Shown one piece after another: positions 27,361 to 32,000 of a DNA stretch of 32,000 bases. The DNA lies in contig NZ_CP011304.1 in assembly GCF_000981785.2 (NCBI RefSeq), positions 870,001-902,000 on the forward strand, written 5' to 3'. A model generated the notes under the pieces. It saw only the letters and a list, made by a program, of their open reading frames with translations, was not told the DNA's origin and did not search any database. The position numbers and the translations under genes are program-made. Within the stretch, counting starts at the first letter, position 1, and each line of letters starts with the position of its first letter. This stretch comes from Microcystis aeruginosa NIES-2549 (lineage in GTDB: Bacteria > Cyanobacteriota > Cyanobacteriia > Cyanobacteriales > Microcystaceae).

Positions 27361-28446
27361 ATGACGCAACAGTATCGCATTACCCTACTACCCGGCGATG
27401 GCATCGGGCCGGAAATCCTCGCTGTCACCGTAGAGATACTGAAAGTCATCGCTAAAAAATTTGACCTCCAGTTTGACTTCCAAACCGCTTTAATTGGAGG
27501 GGCAGCCATTGATGAAACCGGCAGTCCCCTCCCCGAAGCAACTCTGAGCGCCTGTAAAAATAGTGATGCTGTTCTCCTGGCTGCTATCGGGGGTTATAAA
27601 TGGGATAATTTGCCCCGGCAGCAAAGGCCAGAAACGGGATTATTAGGCTTAAGATCTGGTTTAGGTCTTTTTGCTAATTTGCGTCCTGCCACCATTTTTC
27701 CGCAATTAATCGACGCTTCTAGTCTCAAAAGGGAGATTATCGAGGGAGTGGATATCATGGTCGTCCGGGAATTGACCGGGGGTGTTTACTTCGGTCAACC
27801 GAAGGGGATTTTTGAGACAGAAACGGGAGAAAAATGCGGTGTAAATACCATGGTTTACTTGGAATCAGAGGTAGACCGCATCGCTAAGGTGGCCTTTGAA
27901 ATTGCCCAAAAACGCGGCAAGAAACTCTGTTCCGTCGATAAAGCTAATGTTCTCGATGTTTCCCAACTCTGGCGCGACCGGGTGACGAAAATCGCCGCTA
28001 ATTATCCCGATGTGGAACTTTCCCATCTCTACGTCGATAACGCAGCCATGCAGTTAGTCCGTGCCCCCAAACAATTTGATACTATCGTCACGGGCAATTT
28101 ATTCGGTGATATTCTCTCCGATGAAGCGGCCATGTTAACTGGTAGTATCGGAATGTTACCCTCCGCTAGTTTAGGGACTGCTGGGGTGGGAGTTTTTGAA
28201 CCCGTCCACGGTTCGGCCCCGGATATCGCCGGCCAAGATAAAGCCAATCCGATCGCCCAAATTCTCAGCGCTGCTATGATGTTAAAATATGGGCTAAATC
28301 AGCCTTTAGCGGCAGCAGCACTGGAAAAAGCCGTAGAAAAAGTCTTAGACCTCGGTTATCGTACTGGAGATATTTTCTCGGAGGGTATGACCTTAGTAGG
28401 ATGCCAGGCTATGGGCCAGGCCATCCTGAAAGTTTTAGAATCCTAA
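27361..28446 (+). CDS. leuB: 3-isopropylmalate dehydrogenase
   Basis: 361 aa with [11 protein letters not shown] and [26 protein letters not shown]. Confidence 0.92.
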   Translation: MTQQYRITLLPGDGIGPEILAVTVEILKVIAKKFDLQFDFQTALIGGAAIDETGSPLPEATLSACKNSDAVLLAAIGGYKWDNLPRQQRPETGLLGLRSGLGLFANLRPATIFPQLIDASSLKREIIEGVDIMVVRELTGGVYFGQPKGIFETETGEKCGVNTMVYLESEVDRIAKVAFEIAQKRGKKLCSVDKANVLDVSQLWRDRVTKIAANYPDVELSHLYVDNAAMQLVRAPKQFDTIVTGNLFGDILSDEAAMLTGSIGMLPSASLGTAGVGVFEPVHGSAPDIAGQDKANPIAQILSAAMMLKYGLNQPLAAAALEKAVEKVLDLGYRTGDIFSEGMTLVGCQAMGQAILKVLES

Positions 28447-28526
28447 CAAAAGTGGCATAATTCAGAAATCGTCATATACCATTGATTTAATAAATATCTC
28501 AATTTAATCGTGGGGAGACGAGTGAT

Positions 28527-28787
28527 ATGGTGGCCCTATCTGAGAAAACAGAACAACAACGTGTCGATATGGAAATCCCAATTTTGTTAGATCCTACTGT
28601 CTTAAGGGCAGCCAGACGCATTTATCGCATCTACTGTACCCTCAATAGCAGAGTTAGTAAACGTCCTTTCGGTGTCGCTATTAACCGCGACAATCATCGC
28701 GGCCAATTGATTTTTAACAATAAACCGATTCTTCTCCCCGGGGAATGTTTCGTCCCGATTAAGCAAATCGAATCAGAAGCCTATTAA
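28527..28787 (+). CDS. Hypothetical small protein (86 aa)
   Basis: ORF with GGAG 10 nt upstream of the ATG, followed by a good terminator. I recognise no family. Confidence 0.45.
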   Translation: MVALSEKTEQQRVDMEIPILLDPTVLRAARRIYRIYCTLNSRVSKRPFGVAINRDNHRGQLIFNNKPILLPGECFVPIKQIESEAY

Positions 28788-28821
28788 TTTTTGTGAAGAT
28801 TTGCCCCGAATATCTTGCCAA

Positions 28822-28854
28822 ACGTCAGCTAATACCCACTGACGTAATTTTTTT
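28822..28854 (+). terminator. Rho-independent terminator
   Basis: Stem acgtcag (28822-28828) pairs with ctgacgt (28839-28845) around a 10-nt loop. A run of seven T follows at 28848-28854. Confidence 0.7.
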
Positions 28855-28862
28855 GTTTACTA

Positions 28863-28879
28863 ACGCGATGTGCAACTAA
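28863..28879. repeat. Perfect 17-nt direct repeat acgcgatgtgcaactaa, copy 1
   Basis: Identical 17-mer at 29386-29402. The two copies bracket the poly-proline ORF. Confidence 0.9.
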
Positions 28880-28942
28880 GGAGAGACAAGAAGCTCAGAG
28901 CGTAATATATTAACTTTAGTAATTACAAAAAGAAGTAGTTCT

Positions 28943-29380
28943 ATGAGTGACATCAAGCCAATCCCAAATGAATTTGTAACTGTCAAAGGCCCTTATGGCG
29001 TTATTAATCACGGTGACGGCTACGCCATTGTGATTGTACAAACAGGAGAATGTATCGCACGCAATATTTCCTCTTTTCTTGATTGCGTCAAAACCATTGA
29101 TCACCTATTGGGGACAATGCCACCGCCACCACCGCCACCACCGCCACCAAACGACGACAAAGAGCTAGATCGTGTTCTTCAAGATTATAAGCCTGATATT
29201 CAGCGACTAATCAGAAAATATGCTCCAGAGACGAGAAGGGTTAAAAAAAATAGTAATTTTCTTGGTTATACATGGTATAAATGCTATGACGACTCAGGAA
29301 AGGTATTAGGGCGGGTCAGAGGAAGTGATGATGATCGCTATTGGCAGTATGGCGGTCTAGATAGTCAAAAACATTATTAA
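28943..29380 (+). CDS. Hypothetical protein with a central run of 10 prolines
   Basis: 145-aa ORF with a 58-aa N-terminal module, P10 (29120-29149) and a 76-aa basic/aromatic C-terminal module. No recognisable family and no clear Shine-Dalgarno sequence. Confidence 0.5.
   Translation: MSDIKPIPNEFVTVKGPYGVINHGDGYAIVIVQTGECIARNISSFLDCVKTIDHLLGTMPPPPPPPPPPNDDKELDRVLQDYKPDIQRLIRKYAPETRRVKKNSNFLGYTWYKCYDDSGKVLGRVRGSDDDRYWQYGGLDSQKHY
29120..29149 (+). repeat. 9-nt periodic repeat (ccaccgcca, about 3.3 copies) encoding Pro10
   Basis: cca ccg cca cca ccg cca cca ccg cca cca. Confidence 0.9.
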
Positions 29381-29385
29381 ATTTA

Positions 29386-29402
29386 CGCGATGTGCAACTA
29401 AC
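29386..29402. repeat. Perfect 17-nt direct repeat, copy 2
   Basis: See 28863-28879. Confidence 0.9.
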
Positions 29403-29509
29403 AATGACAGAATCAGGGTTCCAGAGGATACTTTAATCTCTGGTGATTTCTGAAAGCCTTGTAAATCAAGACTAAAAATATAGTTGTACACTGGGTTACT
29501 ATAAAAAGA

Positions 29510-31387
29510 ATGTTCGGGAATAATCTTAACTCTACCCTAATCCAAGACCTCGATCGCCTAGAAAATCGTCTTCGGGAAATTCCCCTCGAACCGGGAGTGT
29601 ACTTCCTGCGCGACCAAAATGGCGAAATTCTCTACATCGGTAAATCCAAAAAACTCCGGTCTAGAGTCCGTTCCTATTTTCGTCCCAGTCAACCCCTCAG
29701 TCCCCGCATTGCTTTGATGGTGCGACAGGTGACAGAAATTGAATTTATCGTCACCGACACGGAAGCAGAATCCTTGGCCCTGGAAGCTAATCTAATTAAA
29801 CAACATCAGCCCCATTTTAATACTCTCCTCAAGGACGATAAAAAATATCCATACATTTGTATTACTTGGTCGGAAACCTACCCGCGCATTTTTATCACCC
29901 GCAAACGTAGGATAAATAACCAAAAAGACCGTTATTATGGTCCCTACGTCGATACTAGGCTGCTGCGCCACACTTTACACCTAATTAAACGCACTTTTCC
30001 CCTGCGTCAACGTCCCCAACCTCTGTTTAAAGACCGTCCCTGTTTAAATTATGATATCGGTCGTTGTCCGGGGGTTTGTCAAAAATTAATTAGTCCCCAA
30101 GATTATCGGGAAACCTTGCAGAAAGTGGCGATGATTTTTCAGGGAAGGACGGGAGAATTATTAGAGAAATTAGCGACAAAGATGCTAGAAGCGTCGGAAA
30201 ACCTAGATTTTGAAAAAGCGGCCACGATTAGGGATCAAATTCGCGGATTACAGGCCCTTAATACCGATCAAAAAGTCTCTTTACCTGATGATACCGTATC
30301 CCGGGACGCGATCGCTTTAGCTAAGGACGAGCAGCATTGTTGCATACAATTATTCCAAGTGCGTTCTGGTCGTTTGGTGGCACGTTTGGGATTTTTTGCC
30401 GATAGTCAGTCAGCAAACGAGGGAGAAATCCTGCAAAAAGTCCTAGAAGAACATTATTTATCGGTGGAAGGGGTGGAAATTCCCAGCGAAATCCTGTTAC
30501 CCTGCGAATTACCGGAAGGTGAGGTGTTAGCGGGGTGGTTAAGGGAAAAAAAAGGTCGCAAAGTCGAGTTAACTGTCCCCCAACGGCAAAGTAAAGCGGA
30601 TTTATTAGCTATGGTGGAGAAAAACGCTCTTTATGAGTTAGAAAAGACGAAAAGAAGCGCCGACCGAGATTTACAGTCTTTGCAGGATTTAGCGGTAATT
30701 CTCGATTTACCGGCACTGCCGCACCGCATCGAGGGTTATGATATTTCTCATATTCAGGGTTCTAATGCAGTCGCGTCGTCAGTGGTGTTTATCGATGGGG
30801 TGGCCGCTAATCAACATTATCGTCACTATAAAATCAAAAATCCCGAGGTTAAAATCGGCCATTCCGATGATTTTGCCAGTTTAGCAGAAGTAATTCGCCG
30901 GCGTTTCCGTCGTTATGCCGAAAATACCGATAATATTGCCGAAAGTGATGATTTTCCCGATTTGGTCATGATTGATGGGGGAAAGGGACAATTATCGGCA
31001 GTGGTGGCAGTTTTAGGGGAGATGAATTTATTAGAACAGGTAAAAGTTGTTAGTTTAGCTAAACAGAGAGAGGAGATTTTTTTACCCGGGGAATCCTCTC
31101 CTTTAGAGACGGATAAGGAACAACCCGGAGTGCAATTATTGCGTCGAGTCAGGGATGAAGCGCACCGCTTTGCTGTTAGCTTTCACCGACAACAAAGGAT
31201 GCAAAAAAGTCGCCGTTCCCGTTTGGATGAGATACCGGGGTTAGGTTTTAAGCGACAAAAGGAGTTATTAGCTAATTTTCATTCGGTGGATTATATTCGC
31301 GAAGCTTCCCTAGAACAATTGCAACAGGTGACAGGAATTGGGGAACAATTAGCTAAGGAAATTTATAATTATTTTCATCCTAGGTAG
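29510..31387 (+). CDS. uvrC: Excinuclease ABC subunit C
   Basis: 625 aa with the GIY-YIG motif [29 protein letters not shown], a UVR domain ([14 protein letters not shown]) and a C-terminal (HhH)2 domain. Confidence 0.92.
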   Translation: MFGNNLNSTLIQDLDRLENRLREIPLEPGVYFLRDQNGEILYIGKSKKLRSRVRSYFRPSQPLSPRIALMVRQVTEIEFIVTDTEAESLALEANLIKQHQPHFNTLLKDDKKYPYICITWSETYPRIFITRKRRINNQKDRYYGPYVDTRLLRHTLHLIKRTFPLRQRPQPLFKDRPCLNYDIGRCPGVCQKLISPQDYRETLQKVAMIFQGRTGELLEKLATKMLEASENLDFEKAATIRDQIRGLQALNTDQKVSLPDDTVSRDAIALAKDEQHCCIQLFQVRSGRLVARLGFFADSQSANEGEILQKVLEEHYLSVEGVEIPSEILLPCELPEGEVLAGWLREKKGRKVELTVPQRQSKADLLAMVEKNALYELEKTKRSADRDLQSLQDLAVILDLPALPHRIEGYDISHIQGSNAVASSVVFIDGVAANQHYRHYKIKNPEVKIGHSDDFASLAEVIRRRFRRYAENTDNIAESDDFPDLVMIDGGKGQLSAVVAVLGEMNLLEQVKVVSLAKQREEIFLPGESSPLETDKEQPGVQLLRRVRDEAHRFAVSFHRQQRMQKSRRSRLDEIPGLGFKRQKELLANFHSVDYIREASLEQLQQVTGIGEQLAKEIYNYFHPR

Positions 31388-31476
31388 GGATAAGCTGTAT
31401 AAAGAAGATAAGGCGGTGTGTTTTTGCGTAACAATGCAGAAATTAGAATATTGGTATCAAGAACGAGACGCAGCAC
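31375..31476 (-). pseudogene. Truncated PIN-domain toxin (33 codons)
   Basis: The frame from GTG 31476 reads (M)[32 protein letters not shown] then stops. Only the N-terminal PIN motif is present. The 3' end overlaps the uvrC stop region, and the 5' end overlaps the upstream small ORF by 20 nt. Confidence 0.55.
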
Positions 31477-31657
31477 GAGTTTCTCGGATAGCCTCATTGA
31501 TAGATTCTTCGATTTCTTCCTCGGAATAACGCGAGTTACGTTCTTGGACAGAATCCACGGTTGCTTCAAAGCTCGCTCTTTGTGACGTTTCTTCAAAGTA
31601 TCCCTTTTTTGCGCCTTTTTGTCCTAAAGCTGATCCGGTTAGTGACCAACGTACCAT
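31457..31657 (-). CDS. Putative antitoxin of the degraded PIN module
   Basis: 66-aa ORF with a strong AAGGAG 8 nt upstream of the ATG. It is acidic at the C-terminus (SEEEIEESINEAIRE) and translationally overlaps the PIN fragment. Function is inferred from position only. Confidence 0.5.
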   Translation of the reverse strand: MVRWSLTGSALGQKGAKKGYFEETSQRASFEATVDSVQERNSRYSEEEIEESINEAIRETRAASRS

Positions 31658-31868
31658 GATTTTTCTCCTTTAGCGCCTAAACGCATAAACATCATAACCC
31701 ATTTCTAGCAACAATTAGAAAGAATAAATTTTAACCTCAGATAAGGTGCTTTACACCCAACTAAGAATAACCGTTGGGGTGGTTGGGTTTCGCTTTTTCA
31801 ATCGAATTGAGCCATTTTCGACCCCGTATTGTTTCGCTTAACTCAACCTAGGAGGCCGAAAACCTAGA

Positions 31869-32000
31869 CTAACGCGGAGTAATTTCACTCAACGCTTCTT
31901 GCAGCACTTCATCACTTACACCATGACGCTTCAAACTAGCAACGAGAGCAGAAATTGTATCTCCCTCTAGACGCTCCAAATCCGCACGCAGCCCTTGTCC
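31869..32000 (-). CDS. 3' end of an unidentified gene running off the window
   Basis: Open frame to the window edge reads ..GQGLRADLERLEGDTISALVASLKRHGVSDEVLQEALSEITPR then stops (TAG complement at 31869-31871). Confidence 0.3.
   Translation of the reverse strand, partial: GQGLRADLERLEGDTISALVASLKRHGVSDEVLQEALSEITPR

Noticed and set aside
31740-31860. Sequence reminiscent of a short dispersed cyanobacterial repeat (ggttgggtttcgct.. / ..gtttcgcttaactcaacctagg)
   Set aside because: This rests only on a loose resemblance from memory. There is no second copy in the window to confirm it and no definable structure.

Overview
Chromosomal window from a cyanobacterium. This is inferred from at least 10 copies of the HIP1 palindrome GCGATCGC, a petH gene with an N-terminal CpcD-type phycobilisome-linker domain, and PEP-CTERM, Uma2, Rpn and PIN genes. 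The gene content looks Microcystis-like, but I cannot verify that without a database search.

About 30 well-supported genes lie on both strands:
- a PEP-CTERM protein, tRNA-Leu(GAG), a phosphorylase-family protein and an orphan ABC ATPase
- rimK, rlmN, a stand-alone CpcD-like gene directly upstream of petH, and a ChaN-like protein
- a cysQ-like nucleotidase, a membrane GTPase, an alpha/beta-fold protein and cysH (PAPS type)
- a TPR protein, purE, an Uma2 nuclease and a stand-alone fatty acyl-AMP ligase
- hicAB, lspA-bioY-bioB, rfbC-rfbD plus a long-form thymidylyltransferase, leuB and uvrC

Small accessory patches are interspersed:
1. 0.8-3.4 kb: an IS element inserted into the antitoxin gene of a PIN toxin-antitoxin module whose toxin is also truncated. 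The patch is bracketed by a 23-nt direct repeat and followed by an Rpn-family gene with a 12-nt in-frame tandem repeat.
2. 13.65-15.0 kb: a strongly AT-rich single-gene cassette flanked by 26-nt imperfect direct repeats, next to a DUF4415-like remnant.
3. 28.5-29.4 kb: two orphan small ORFs. The second has a 10-proline run and is flanked by perfect 17-nt direct repeats.
4. 31.4-31.7 kb: a second degraded PIN toxin-antitoxin module abutting the uvrC 3' end.

Two dispersed intergenic repeat families and one repeated hairpin were also found. No rRNA, no CRISPR array and no clear multi-gene defence or biosynthetic island is visible. No novel multi-gene system can be demonstrated from sequence alone. 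The best candidates for undescribed biology are the single-gene cassettes flanked by direct repeats and the duplicated free FNR-linker domain gene.
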